A DNA stretch of 64,000 nucleotides from Candidatus Parcubacteria bacterium (GCA_963827735.1 CAWHBO010000001.1:40297-104296); one strand, 5' to 3'; shown: positions 8,668 through 18,808, counted from the stretch's first letter. A program made the numbers and translations. The notes: generated by a model not told the origin, from the sequence alone.

Positions 8668-9127
8668 ATGAATGACCAAATTATTTCCAGAGAAGGCTAC
8701 GATAAGCTTAAAAATGAATTAGACATCTTGATAAACATCAAGCGCCGAGATATCGCCGACCGCATCCAAAAAGCCAAAGATATGGGCGATTTGAGCGAAA
8801 ACGCGGAATATGCCGAGGCTAAAGACGCCCAAGCTTTCAACGAAGGCCGGATTGCGGAATTGAGCCAAACTTTAAAAAATGTTACGGTCGTGGAAAACAG
8901 CAACGGCGAGGGTAAAGTTAGCATGGGTTCATCACTGATTGTCAAATCAAACGGGAACGAGAAAAATTTTAAAGATCGTCAGCTTCAATGAGGCGGATCC
9001 GATGGAGGGAAAAATTTCCAACGAATCTCCAATTGGCCGCAGTTTTGTCGGGAAAAAGCGGGGAGATAAAGTGATTGTTGAAACCCCTAAAGGCAAAATG
9101 GAATACGAAATCTTAAGCATTTCATAA
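8668..9127 (+). CDS. greA: Transcription elongation factor GreA, split by a 1-nt insertion near 8970
   Basis: GDLSENAEY in ORF 8668..8991 and EADP..ISNESPIG..VETPKG in ORF 8939..9127. Removing one A from TTTTAAAGATC joins them. Confidence 0.85.
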
Positions 9128-9146
9128 ATTTTTTGAAAGTTAGCAT

Positions 9147-9179
9147 AAAAAAACGACTGCGGACGCAGCCGTTTTTTTA
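9147..9179 (+). terminator. Intrinsic terminator after greA
   Basis: AAAAAAACGACTGC-GGAC-GCAGCCGTTTTTTT hairpin with U-tract. Confidence 0.75.
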
Positions 9180-9189
9180 TGTCCTTTTT

Positions 9190-9218
9190 TTGACTTTTTT
9201 TTCCAACTTTAGTATAAT
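9190..9218 (+). promoter_or_regulatory. Sigma70 promoter of lysS-serS-ddl
   Basis: TTGACT-17 nt-TATAAT. Confidence 0.7.
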
Positions 9219-9265
9219 ATTTGATATGTGTTAAGAAAACTCTATTATTATTTTATTACATAATT

Positions 9266-10780
9266 ATGACTGAAGAAATTCTCAACGAGCGCGAAGAAAG
9301 GCTTAAAAAATTACAGGAGCTTATAAAAAGAGGGGTGAATCCTTATCCGGCTAAGAGTTCAAAAAACCGAGAAATCAAAGACATCTTTGAACGTTTTGCT
9401 GATTTTGAAAAATCGCAAGTTCAAATTATTGCCGCCGGCAGGATTCGCAGTTTAAGAGCTCACGGGAATTTGAGCTTTTTTACCATTGAAGACGCGACCG
9501 GAAAAATCCAGGTAGCGCTCAGCAAAAAAGAGATAGATGACTCAGCAAATGCTTTAACTTATAAAGACTTTGTGAAACTGATTGACGTCGGTGATTTCAT
9601 TGAAGTGGAAGGAACCTGTTTTGTTACGCACAAGGGCGAGCAAAGCTTGATGGCAAAAAAATTCAGATTGCTTGCAAAAGCTTTAAGCCCATTGCCGGAC
9701 AAATGGCACGGGCTGAAAAACGATGACGAGCGCTACCGCAAAAGATATCTGGATATTCTCATGGATCCGGAGCTAAAAGATCTGATGCGAAAGAAATCAA
9801 AGTTCTGGGATGTTACCAGAACGTTTATGAAAGATCGGGGATTCTTTGAAGTGGAAACCCCCACCCTGGAAACGACCACCGGCGGCGCCGAAGCCAACCC
9901 GTTCAAGACGCATCATGATGACTATGATCTGGATGTCTTCTTGCGCATTTCCGTGGGCGAACTGTGGCAAAAAAGATTGATGGCCGCGGGCTTTGAAAAA
10001 ACTTTTGAGATCGGAAGAGCGTATCGCAACGAAGGTTCCAGCCCTGAGCATTTGCAAGAATTCACCAACATGGAATTCTACTGGGCCTACGCGAATTATG
10101 AAGACGGCATGGAACTGGCCAAAGAATTGTACCGGACAATCGCCATGAAAGTCTTTGGCACCACAAAATTCAAGACCAAGGACCATGTATATGATTTGGC
10201 GGATGACTGGATCAAGCTTGATTATACGGAGGAAATCCAAAAGCAAACCGGCATCAATGTCCTTGCGTCCGCAGAGAAAGATATGGCCAAGAAACTTGAT
10301 GAATTAAAAGTTAAATACGAAGGAGAAAACCGCGAACGCCTTACTGATACTTTATGGAAATTCTGCCGCAAGCAGATTTCCGGCCCGGCCTTTGTGATCA
10401 ATCACCCCAAGTTGATTTCCCCCCTGGCTAAAGCAAAAGAAGATAATCCGGAGCTTACTGAACGCTTCCAAATCTTGATTGCCGGCGCAGAAATCGGCAA
10501 TGGCTATTCAGAGCTTAACAATCCGGTTGACCAGAGGCGTCGTTTTGAAGAACAGCAGAAGCTTCTGGACGCAGGCGACACGGAAGCGATGATGCCTGAC
10601 TTTGAATTTGTGGAAATGCTGGAACATGGCATGCCCCCAACCTGCGGCTTCGGCTTTGGCGAGCGCTTGTTTGCCTTCATGGCCGATAAGCCGGTCAGAG
10701 AAACATCGCTGTTTCCGCTGGTACGGCCCAAGTTGCCGATGGTGAGGGAGAAAGGGGAAATAATTATCAATAATCAATAA
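9266..10780 (+). CDS. lysS: Lysine-tRNA ligase (class II)
   Basis: LPDKWHGL, RYRKRYLD, GGAEANPF, YRNEG, ERFQ and GMPPT motifs. Start moved to ATG 9266, downstream of the promoter. Confidence 0.97.
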   Translation: MTEEILNEREERLKKLQELIKRGVNPYPAKSSKNREIKDIFERFADFEKSQVQIIAAGRIRSLRAHGNLSFFTIEDATGKIQVALSKKEIDDSANALTYKDFVKLIDVGDFIEVEGTCFVTHKGEQSLMAKKFRLLAKALSPLPDKWHGLKNDDERYRKRYLDILMDPELKDLMRKKSKFWDVTRTFMKDRGFFEVETPTLETTTGGAEANPFKTHHDDYDLDVFLRISVGELWQKRLMAAGFEKTFEIGRAYRNEGSSPEHLQEFTNMEFYWAYANYEDGMELAKELYRTIAMKVFGTTKFKTKDHVYDLADDWIKLDYTEEIQKQTGINVLASAEKDMAKKLDELKVKYEGENRERLTDTLWKFCRKQISGPAFVINHPKLISPLAKAKEDNPELTERFQILIAGAEIGNGYSELNNPVDQRRRFEEQQKLLDAGDTEAMMPDFEFVEMLEHGMPPTCGFGFGERLFAFMADKPVRETSLFPLVRPKLPMVREKGEIIINNQ

Positions 10781-10866
10781 TCAATATTCATTCAATAATC
10801 AATACCAAAATAATCAATGGATATTAAATTATTTTAATATTGAATGGTTATTGATTATTGAATATT
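10766..10866. repeat. Inverted (AT)ATTCA/TAATCAA heptamer-array element between lysS and serS
   Basis: Left taatcaa/tattca units; right attgaat/ttgatta units; overlaps the lysS stop. Confidence 0.8.
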
Positions 10867-10873
10867 AATTTTT

Positions 10874-12154
10874 ATGCTAGACATAAAATACATCCGCGAA
10901 AACGTTGAAGAAATAAAAGCCAATTGCAAAAACCGTCTCGCCAAAGTCGACATTGACGAATTGCTAAAATACGACGAACTGCGCCGCAAGATGGAAACGG
11001 AATTGGGGGAATTACGCGCCAAACGCAACAGCGGTTCAAAATCAAAACCAAGTCCAGAGGAAATCCAAGCTATGAAGGAATTGGGCGAGAAAATAAAACA
11101 GCTGGAAGAAAATTTGGAGCCGGTAAAAGAAAAAGTCCGCGAATTGCTTATGGCTGTTCCGAATCTGACCCACTCTGACGTAGTTGTGAGTTTGAATGAA
11201 GACGATAATCCTGTGCTTGATACGTTCATGGAACCGACAAAATTCGATTTTAAACCTTTAGACCATGTTGAGTTGGCGGAGCAATTGGACTTGATAGATT
11301 TTGACCGCGCGACCAAAGTAAGCGGAGCAAAATTTTATTACCTGAAAAACGAACTGGCCATCATGGAATTCGCGCTCATACAATATGCGCTTGAAAAAGT
11401 CGTAACTCACGGTTTTACACCCTTTGTAACACCAGACTTAGCGAGGCGCGAAGTGCTGGAAGGGCTTGGGTTTACGCCGCGCGGCGAATCAACGCAGATA
11501 TATAACGTTGAAAATTCTGATTTATGCCTTATCGGAACAGCCGAAATAACGATGGGAGGGTACCATAAAGACGAGAATTTTAACGCAAATGATTTACCGA
11601 AAAAATATGTCGCAGTATCCCACTGCTTTCGCACTGAAGCCGGCGCATATTCAAAATTTTCCAAAGGCATCTTTCGCGTCCATCAATTCACGAAGATTGA
11701 AATGTTTGAGTACGTGCTTCCGGAAAAAAGCGAAGACGCGCACAAAGAGCTTTTGGGCATTGAACGAGAAATTTTTGAAGGCCTTAAGATTCCATTCCGC
11801 GTGATTGATCATTGCACTGCCGATTTGGGCGGACCGGCCATCAGGACATACGATCTGGAAGCTTGGATGCCGGGCAAGCCGGGTGTTGATGATAAATTGG
11901 GCAACTGGGCTGAAATAACATCAACCTCAAATTGTACGGATTACCAAGCCAGGGGACTCAACATAAAGTACAAGACAAAAAACAATGCTTCTGAATTCAC
12001 GCATATGCTCAATGGAACCGCGATCGCCGTTCCGCGGGCAATGATTGCCATCCTGGAAAATTACCAGCAAGCCGACGGCTCCGTGGTCATTCCGGAAGCT
12101 CTAAGGAAATATATGCCGGGGGGAGTCTCAATCATAAAAGAAAATAAAATATGA
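10874..12154 (+). CDS. serS: Serine-tRNA ligase
   Basis: MLDIKYIR, LIGTAE, CFRTEAG, RVHQF.KIE, SNCTDYQAR and LNGT motifs. Confidence 0.97.
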   Translation: MLDIKYIRENVEEIKANCKNRLAKVDIDELLKYDELRRKMETELGELRAKRNSGSKSKPSPEEIQAMKELGEKIKQLEENLEPVKEKVRELLMAVPNLTHSDVVVSLNEDDNPVLDTFMEPTKFDFKPLDHVELAEQLDLIDFDRATKVSGAKFYYLKNELAIMEFALIQYALEKVVTHGFTPFVTPDLARREVLEGLGFTPRGESTQIYNVENSDLCLIGTAEITMGGYHKDENFNANDLPKKYVAVSHCFRTEAGAYSKFSKGIFRVHQFTKIEMFEYVLPEKSEDAHKELLGIEREIFEGLKIPFRVIDHCTADLGGPAIRTYDLEAWMPGKPGVDDKLGNWAEITSTSNCTDYQARGLNIKYKTKNNASEFTHMLNGTAIAVPRAMIAILENYQQADGSVVIPEALRKYMPGGVSIIKENKI

Positions 12155-13212
12155 ACAAAATCCGACTCGCAGTCATTTTTGGCGGAAAATCAGGGGAACA
12201 CGAAGTTTCATTGTCTTCCGCCTCTGCGGTTTTACAAGCACTGGATAAAAACAAATACGAAATCATCCCGGTCGCAATCACAAAAAACGGCGACTGGCTT
12301 TTTGGAGAAGACGGACAAAAATATATTGACCTGAACAAAAGCAAGGCCGGCAAAGAAGGGTCCATCAAAAACGATGATCCAGAAATTTTAAGTTTATCCC
12401 AATATAACCCCGGTTTTTATAACTTTACAAAAGCGGTCAAAGAAAAAAAAATTGATTTGGTATTTCCCATCATCCATGGCCCATTCGGGGAAGATGGGCG
12501 CTTGCAGGGATTTTTGGATATCATCGGCGCGCCGTACGTATTTTCCGGTGTCTTAGCGCACGCGATCGCGATGAACAAACCTAAAGCCAAAATCTTGGTA
12601 AAAAATTGCGGCGTCCCGACCCCGGATAGTCTGCTGGCTGGCAAGGATTATGATGTTGATGAAATCCTTAAAAGAATAAAATTCCCGATTTTCGTAAAAC
12701 CGGCTGAACTCGGGTCTTCGGTCGGGGTTTCAATGATAAAAACGTCTGAAGATCTGAGATCAGGAATTGATGAAGCTTTGAGATACGGAAATGAAGTTTT
12801 ACTTGAGGAATATATCAAGGGCAGGGAATTTACAGTAACCGTAATGGAAAGCGAAGAAATCAAGGCATTGGCTGTTACGGAAATTGTCCCGTTAATTTCA
12901 GAGTTCTATGATTATAAAGCCAAGTACGAGATTGGCGGAAGCAAACATGTCACCCCGGCTGATATTCCCAAAGAGATTGAAAATAAGCTAAAACAATATG
13001 CGGTAATCGTCTTCAAGGCGATCGAGTGCAAAGACTTGGCGCGCGCTGACTTCATCTGGGACGAAACAAAAAATGAATGTTATTTCATTGAACTCAACAC
13101 GATCCCGGGCATGACCGCCACCAGCCTGGCCCCGGAAGCCGCAAAATTAGCCGGATATAGTTTCACAGAATTCTTAGACGCTCTCATATCCAACAAAAAC
13201 CGTTGCCAATGA
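12151..13212 (+). CDS. ddl: D-alanine-D-alanine ligase
   Basis: GGKSGEHEVS, HGPFGEDG, GSSVG, FYDYKAKY and ELNTIPGMT motifs. Confidence 0.96.
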   Translation: MNKIRLAVIFGGKSGEHEVSLSSASAVLQALDKNKYEIIPVAITKNGDWLFGEDGQKYIDLNKSKAGKEGSIKNDDPEILSLSQYNPGFYNFTKAVKEKKIDLVFPIIHGPFGEDGRLQGFLDIIGAPYVFSGVLAHAIAMNKPKAKILVKNCGVPTPDSLLAGKDYDVDEILKRIKFPIFVKPAELGSSVGVSMIKTSEDLRSGIDEALRYGNEVLLEEYIKGREFTVTVMESEEIKALAVTEIVPLISEFYDYKAKYEIGGSKHVTPADIPKEIENKLKQYAVIVFKAIECKDLARADFIWDETKNECYFIELNTIPGMTATSLAPEAAKLAGYSFTEFLDALISNKNRCQ

Positions 13213-13266
13213 ATATTTAATTATTAAAATATTGAATGGATATTGGATATTGAACATTGAATATTA
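13207..13266. repeat. ATTGAAT-family heptamer array (mostly right arm) between ddl and ftsQ
   Basis: attgaatggatattggatattgaacattgaatatt ending just before the ATG. Confidence 0.75.
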
Positions 13267-13270
13267 ATTT

Positions 13271-14158
13271 ATGCTGGCAAACAAATTCTTAAAACCGAAA
13301 AATCTGTATCGGAACAAAGGCAGCCTGAAATTCAGCGGCAGAGAATATGAAAATCCGTTTTTTGAAAACAAAAAAAAATTCAAAAGCGGTTTTAGTTTTA
13401 ATTTTTCGTTGAGCCGAAGGATAAAAATCCTTTTTTATGCTTGCCTGCTCGTCTTCATGGTTTTAACGGCCAGCGCGGCCTATTCCGGATATTTTGATAT
13501 CAAGAACATAGAAATCACCGGCGACGGCCGTATAAACATTGACGATATCCGAAACATTATAAACGGCCAAACCAATGACAAATTTTTTCATATCATATCC
13601 CAAAAAAACATTTTTCTTTTTAACACCCACGGGTTAAAACAGACACTGGAAAAAAAATATGTTTTTGACTCATTGGATATAAAAAAAGATTTTCCCGGCG
13701 CGTTGGTGGTGGTTTTTAAAGAAAAAACTTACGCCTTCATCTTGAAAGAAGATGAAAAATTCTTTTATGCCGATAAAGAGGGGACTGTCATAGACGAAAT
13801 AAGCCCGTTGGAGGTTTCAAGCAAGGCATATCCGGTGGTAAGGAATGAATCACAAAACAAGACCACAGATGGCAAGATCAGTTTCAACGCAAGTTACATC
13901 GGTTTCGCGCTAGAGCTTTTTTCTGAAATCAAGAAATATCCGGATGATTTCAAGGTTGACAGCTTCATCGTTGATAATGACCTCAAATCCCTTAAGCTGG
14001 CGCTAACTGACGGTCCCAGGATTTTTTTTAACACAGACAACAACATCGGTACCCAGGTGGATAAACTGCTTATCCTAAAAAGAGAAAAACTCAAGGATGC
14101 TTTCGTTAAAAAAGAATATATAGATCTTAGGTACGGCGAAAGCATATATTATAGATAA
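13271..14158 (+). CDS. ftsQ: FtsQ/DivIB-like cell division protein (POTRA)
   Basis: Single TM, FDIKNIEITG, KKDFPGALVV..E and C-terminal YIDLRYG; follows ddl. Confidence 0.75.
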   Translation: MLANKFLKPKNLYRNKGSLKFSGREYENPFFENKKKFKSGFSFNFSLSRRIKILFYACLLVFMVLTASAAYSGYFDIKNIEITGDGRINIDDIRNIINGQTNDKFFHIISQKNIFLFNTHGLKQTLEKKYVFDSLDIKKDFPGALVVVFKEKTYAFILKEDEKFFYADKEGTVIDEISPLEVSSKAYPVVRNESQNKTTDGKISFNASYIGFALELFSEIKKYPDDFKVDSFIVDNDLKSLKLALTDGPRIFFNTDNNIGTQVDKLLILKREKLKDAFVKKEYIDLRYGESIYYR

Positions 14159-14308
14159 GAGAATTAGCGGTATTAAAAGATTTTATAGGTGACAAATCCT
14201 TGCTATAGTGCTATAGTATTATCATGATGACAAAAACATCAGGGGGACAAATGAACAGACTAAAAAAACAAATTAACTAATTAACTAATCCCTAATGAAC
14301 TAAAACGT

Positions 14309-14488
14309 ATGTCAGACGGAATGGAAATAGCTTTTAAAATTGTGTTTTTTCTCGCAGTCATAACTTTTTGCTTGGCAATTGTCGGAGTGTTCCTGCTGAT
14401 TGTTAAAATCATCTTCCTGTTCATGCCAAGCTTTGTGCTGATGGGCATCAAATTCGCTCCGACGGCGTCAGCTTTGCTTACTCAATGA
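14309..14488 (+). CDS. Small hydrophobic membrane protein, 59 aa (below the ORF-track cutoff)
   Basis: MSDGMEIAFKIVFFLAVITFCLAIVGVFLLIVKIIFLFMPSFVLMGIKFAPTASALLTQ; followed by a terminator-like hairpin at 14533-14557. Confidence 0.6.
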   Translation: MSDGMEIAFKIVFFLAVITFCLAIVGVFLLIVKIIFLFMPSFVLMGIKFAPTASALLTQ

Positions 14489-14489
14489 T

Positions 14490-14517
14490 ACTTCGCTTAA
14501 TCTACATTATGCGAAGT
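14490..14517. other. dif-like Xer recombination site (11-6-11)
   Basis: ACTTCGCTTAA-TCTACA-TTATGCGAAGT; near-symmetric arms extend over 14486-14521; about 275 bp upstream of the xer gene. Confidence 0.75.
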
Positions 14518-14603
14518 ATCAAATATTGGAATAGCCCTTCATTACAAGGGCTTTTTGTTATCACCTATTTTAACATTTAACAGATTTACATTAAATTTAA
14601 ACA

Positions 14604-14710
14604 AATATTCAATACTCAATATTCATTCAATACTTTTATATATTAATAATCATTGAATATTAAAATATTTAGATATTGAATGGTTATTGAATATTGAATA
14701 TTGGATATTT
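14604..14710. repeat. Inverted ATATTCA/TGAATAT heptamer-array element
   Basis: aatattcaatactcaatattcattcaat ... attgaatggttattgaatattgaatatt. Confidence 0.8.
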
Positions 14711-14770
14711 AAATATATTTTAAATAATTTTTGATATCTCCCCCACCTTATGCTATTATTACTATACGAC

Positions 14771-14781
14771 ACTTCGCATAA
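14771..14781 (+). promoter_or_regulatory. dif half-site immediately upstream of the xer start codon
   Basis: ACTTCGCATAA is the exact reverse complement of the dif arm at 14507-14517; it ends 11 nt before ATG 14793. Confidence 0.65.
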
Positions 14782-14792
14782 TATAAACAGCC

Positions 14793-15758
14793 ATGATCAA
14801 CAAAAATAAACCCATAATTGAACATCTTACAGACTATCTTGATCATCTTGAGATTGAAAGAGGCTTAAGCTCAAAAACTCAGGAGAACTACTCCCGGTTT
14901 TTAAACAAATTCTTCAACTGGCTGACAGACCAGAATCTGGATAAGCTAAAACCGGAAAAACTGGACGCTAACCATGTCTGGAAATATCGTATTTTTTTAT
15001 CCAGGCATACTGACCCGAAATCCGGCAAACCTCTCAAGAAAACCACGCAGAATTATTACCTGATTGCCTTAAGGAGTCTGCTGGAATTTTTTGTTGAAAA
15101 AAATATTTCTTCTCTTTCCCCTTCTTCAGTCAAACTTGCCAAAGACAAATCAGACAAGCAGGTTAAATTTTTAAATTTAAGCCAGTTGGAAAAATTGCTG
15201 CTGGCTCCTGATATTTACAACCTTCAAGGCCTGAGGGATCGCGCAATCTTGGAAACGCTTTTTTCCACCGGTTTGCGCGTGGCAGAACTTACCGGTCTTA
15301 ACCGCGAACAGATAAAGATAAAAAAAATCACCGAAGAGCTTGAGCTTTCGGTGACCGGCAAAGGCCAAAAGGTCCGTACGGTGTATTTTTCAACCAGAGC
15401 CGTCAAATATCTTAAAGCTTACCTGGATAAGCGCAATGACATTGATCCGGCGCTTTTTATAAATTATAAGCGCGGAGCCGAAAATTCTTCTGAAACCCGG
15501 CGCTTAAGCTCCCGCAGTATTGAAGATATCGTCAAAAAATATGTAAAAATCGCAGGTCTGCCCATCCTCACCACGCCTCACACTCTCAGGCACTCATTTG
15601 CCACGGATTTGCTGGCTCAAGGCGTAGACCTAAGGCTGGTTCAAGAATTTCTTGGCCATCAAAACATTTCCACCACGCAGATATATACCCATGTAACGAA
15701 CAAGCAGCTTAAGGACGTCCATAGGAACCTACACGGAGGTAAAAAAATCAAAGAATAA
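14793..15758 (+). CDS. XerC/XerD-family tyrosine recombinase
   Basis: [35 protein letters not shown] and [15 protein letters not shown] catalytic motifs, with an N-terminal SAM-like domain. Confidence 0.95.
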   Translation: MINKNKPIIEHLTDYLDHLEIERGLSSKTQENYSRFLNKFFNWLTDQNLDKLKPEKLDANHVWKYRIFLSRHTDPKSGKPLKKTTQNYYLIALRSLLEFFVEKNISSLSPSSVKLAKDKSDKQVKFLNLSQLEKLLLAPDIYNLQGLRDRAILETLFSTGLRVAELTGLNREQIKIKKITEELELSVTGKGQKVRTVYFSTRAVKYLKAYLDKRNDIDPALFINYKRGAENSSETRRLSSRSIEDIVKKYVKIAGLPILTTPHTLRHSFATDLLAQGVDLRLVQEFLGHQNISTTQIYTHVTNKQLKDVHRNLHGGKKIKE

Positions 15759-15762
15759 AAAA

Positions 15763-15788
15763 GTAGAGACGAGGCATGCCTCGTCTCT
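15763..15788. repeat. GTAG-type REP-like palindrome between convergent genes
   Basis: GTAGAGACGAGGCATGCCTCGTCTCT: 24-bp perfect palindrome preceded by GT. Confidence 0.75.
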
Positions 15789-17056
15789 TACGGTAAGTAC
15801 CCGAGCGGATCAACCGGTATGCCATTCAATCTTGATTCAAAATGCAGATGCGAACCGGTTGTCAATCCTCCTGCCCCCACTGTTCCCGGAAAGCCGCCGG
15901 AAAGCCCAATTTTCTGTCCTTGAACCACATATTCATCTTCTTTAACATAAACTTCTGAAACATGGCCATAGACCGTTGAAAGACCGTCGCCATGCACCAG
16001 CATGATATAAGCGTAATTTTTTGTACCGTCAAATTTTACTTTAGCCACATAGCCGGAAGCCGCGGCTTTGACGACTGTCCCCTGCGCCGCTCTGACATCA
16101 ATCGCAGGATGTTCAAAAATATTTCTAAAAGGATAATCCGGATCATGAAAGTAAGCGGTAACGGTATTCTTTGTTACCGGCCAAATCATGCCGTTCTCAT
16201 TGAATTGCAGTTTCTCTCCTCCAAGTTGAGCAAGCTTGGCTCTGGCAAGCTTTTCCATGTTGGAAATCTCTGCCGCCGCGTCCTCCTGCTCTTTTTTGGC
16301 TTGCGCCAAAAGGCGCTGATACTCTTTTTCAGATTTCCCGACCTGATCCAAAAGGTATATTTTCGTATCTTTTTCTCCAAGTAGATTATTCTGCTTGTCA
16401 ACCAATTCTTTTTTTAAGGCAAGCAAGCTTTCATTTTGTTTGTTTAAATTTGCCTTGTTATTTTCCATCTGCCTCTGCATTTTTTCAAGCGCTGCCAAGC
16501 TGTCCCCCAAATTTTCGTTAATATCTTCCAAATATTTCGTCTGACTTAAAAAATCAGCCAATGAATCGTTAAGAAGCAAAATTTCCAGTGAAGTGACATT
16601 ATCTTGCTGGTATAAAATCTTAAGAACATTTTTGATGTGATCTTTTTCTTTTGATATTTCCGCTTCTTTCCCCGCGATTTCAATGTCCGTTTTTTTCATT
16701 TGCAGTTGAGTGGCGTTGATATCAGTTTCCGTAAGCTCAACATCAAGCTCGGCCTTCGCAGTCCGATTATCCAGAATCGCCATCTGATTCTTAAGGCTGG
16801 CTTTTTCAAGCTGTTTCTGCTGAATCTGTTTTGAATACTCCGCTTGCTTATCCTGAATTTTTTTTATCTCTTGTTGTTTATCCTGAATCCCGTTGTTGAT
16901 TTCTTTGATTTGATTGTTTATGATTTCGTCTTCAGGAGTTAGATATTCTTCCTCCGCTCCCTCGCAAAACAAAACACCGTCTTTGTAAGGAACGGTTAAA
17001 ATCGCGATGATTCCCAAGATTATCAAAAAATTAGCTAAAGTAAATTTTTTTAGCAT
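15788..17056 (-). CDS. Coiled-coil M23 family peptidase (EnvC/MepM-like)
   Basis: Signal/TM segment, long coiled coil, HPAID, TVYGH and HLHFE motifs. Confidence 0.9.
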   Translation of the reverse strand: MLKKFTLANFLIILGIIAILTVPYKDGVLFCEGAEEEYLTPEDEIINNQIKEINNGIQDKQQEIKKIQDKQAEYSKQIQQKQLEKASLKNQMAILDNRTAKAELDVELTETDINATQLQMKKTDIEIAGKEAEISKEKDHIKNVLKILYQQDNVTSLEILLLNDSLADFLSQTKYLEDINENLGDSLAALEKMQRQMENNKANLNKQNESLLALKKELVDKQNNLLGEKDTKIYLLDQVGKSEKEYQRLLAQAKKEQEDAAAEISNMEKLARAKLAQLGGEKLQFNENGMIWPVTKNTVTAYFHDPDYPFRNIFEHPAIDVRAAQGTVVKAAASGYVAKVKFDGTKNYAYIMLVHGDGLSTVYGHVSEVYVKEDEYVVQGQKIGLSGGFPGTVGAGGLTTGSHLHFESRLNGIPVDPLGYLP

Positions 17057-17183
17057 ATAATTTTTACAATTTATATTCTCTATTATAACATTTTTTAAAG
17101 AAAATAAAAAATAAGCCTGCTTTGAACAGTCTTATTTTTCTAAAAATATTAATCTCAAAGCTAAAATTTAGCAATGGCTTTTT

Positions 17184-18626
17184 TTATTCTCTCTCGCGAG
17201 CTTTCTTACCCAAAATTTCCGCCACATCAAAAGGTCCCGGACTGGCCTTTTGCCCGGTCAGAGCCACCCTCATCGGCCACAGATAATCCCCTACTTTCAA
17301 TTCCTGCGGCTTGATATATGACATCAGACATTCCTCAATGGAGTCATTTGTCCAATCTTCTTCAGGTATTTTTTCCAAAAGCTCTGCAACTGTTTTTAAG
17401 TTATGCGCCACTTCCTCTGCTGTTAATTTTTTCCAAATCAAAAGATCCTTATCATAAACCAATTTATCAAGAAAAAAGAACTCGCTTAAATCCTTGATAT
17501 CTATCAGGCGTTTCAATCTCTCTTGTTCCAGTTTTATAATTTTCTTTGCGAAATCAAATGTCTGCCGGTTGGCATCTTTGGTTTTGGAAAAATTTTCTTG
17601 GATAAAAGGAAGGCATTTTTTCGTAAGTTCATCCGCATCCATTTTTCTGATATAATAGCCGTTTAAATAGTCAAGCTTTTCAAGATCAAAAACCGCCGGG
17701 CTTGTACCCATGTCTTCAGTTTTGAATTGTTCAAGCAGATCAGTCAAAGAAAAAATTTCTTGATCGGATTTTGGCCGCCAGCCGAGCAAAACGCAGAAAT
17801 TTATCAAAGTCTCAACCAGATATCCTTTATCGCGAAAATCTTCCACCGACACATCGCCATGCCGCTTGCTTAACTTTCCGCCTTCTTTGTTCAAAGTTAC
17901 CGGCAGATGCAAAAACTTTGGCGGTTCCCAGCCGAATGATTGATACAGCAAAATATTCTTGGGAAATGAAGGCAGCCACTCGTCGCCTCGAAGGACCATG
18001 GTGATTTCCATGAGCGTATCATCAACCACATTTGCAAACTGGTAAGTCGGCATACCATCGGATTTTATCAGCACTTGATCTTCCATTTCTTCAGCTTTGA
18101 ATGTTATATCTCCTCTCAGTTCATCTTTAACAGTAACTGCGCCCTCCAATGGCATTTTTTGTCTGATAACATAGCTCTCCCCTGCTTTGATCCGCCTTTC
18201 AACTTCTTCTTTGCTTAAATTCCGGCAAACTCGGTCGTATCTCGGCGGCAGCTTATTTTCTTGCTGCTTGGTCCGCATTTCTTCCAATCTTTCGGAGGTA
18301 CAAAAACAATGATAGGCTTCGCCTTTTTCAAGCAGTACATCTTTGTACTTATCATAAATTTCTCTACGTTCACTTTGCCTATATGGACCGAATTTTCCGC
18401 CCACATCCGGACCCTCATCCCATTTCAGGCCCGCCCATTTCAAGACATCAATCAATTTTTCCTCACTGCCTTCAACTTTTCGTTTTTGATCCGTATCTTC
18501 AATGCGCAGGATGAATTCACCGCCCTGGGATCTGGCCGTTAAATACGCGAAAAGAGCAGTCCTAAGGCCGCCGATATGAAGATTTCCGGTTGGAGAGGGA
18601 GCGAAACGAGTTTTTATTTTTGACAT
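17184..18626 (-). CDS. gltX: Glutamate-tRNA ligase (C-terminus probably frameshifted; true stop likely at 17161)
   Basis: RFAPSPTG.LHIGG, RIEDTD, KLSKR and PMRVALTG motifs. An alternate frame continues ESSRERIKKAIAKF* to 17161. Confidence 0.95.
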   Translation of the reverse strand: MSKIKTRFAPSPTGNLHIGGLRTALFAYLTARSQGGEFILRIEDTDQKRKVEGSEEKLIDVLKWAGLKWDEGPDVGGKFGPYRQSERREIYDKYKDVLLEKGEAYHCFCTSERLEEMRTKQQENKLPPRYDRVCRNLSKEEVERRIKAGESYVIRQKMPLEGAVTVKDELRGDITFKAEEMEDQVLIKSDGMPTYQFANVVDDTLMEITMVLRGDEWLPSFPKNILLYQSFGWEPPKFLHLPVTLNKEGGKLSKRHGDVSVEDFRDKGYLVETLINFCVLLGWRPKSDQEIFSLTDLLEQFKTEDMGTSPAVFDLEKLDYLNGYYIRKMDADELTKKCLPFIQENFSKTKDANRQTFDFAKKIIKLEQERLKRLIDIKDLSEFFFLDKLVYDKDLLIWKKLTAEEVAHNLKTVAELLEKIPEEDWTNDSIEECLMSYIKPQELKVGDYLWPMRVALTGQKASPGPFDVAEILGKKARERE

Positions 18627-18717
18627 AAGCTATGTATTTGCAATTTATTAAGTTGTTATATACTATAATATTTTAGAGAAATTTTCAAGGTTGCAGAAAA
18701 ATACTTTATAATTACTT

Positions 18718-18808
18718 AATATTCAATAATTAATATTCAATCAATATTTAAATATTTAAATGATCATTAATTCATTGATTATTGAATGGTCATTGAATAT
18801 TGAATATT
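18718..18808. repeat. Inverted ATATTCA/TGAATAT heptamer-array element
   Basis: Terminal AATATTCAATA ... TATTGAATATT; abuts the stop codon at 18808. Confidence 0.8.

Noticed and set aside
14793-15758. Recombinase as a prophage or integron integrase
   Set aside because: Flanked by housekeeping genes, with no phage genes and no evident IntI insertion or attC array; the adjacent dif-like site fits chromosomal Xer better.
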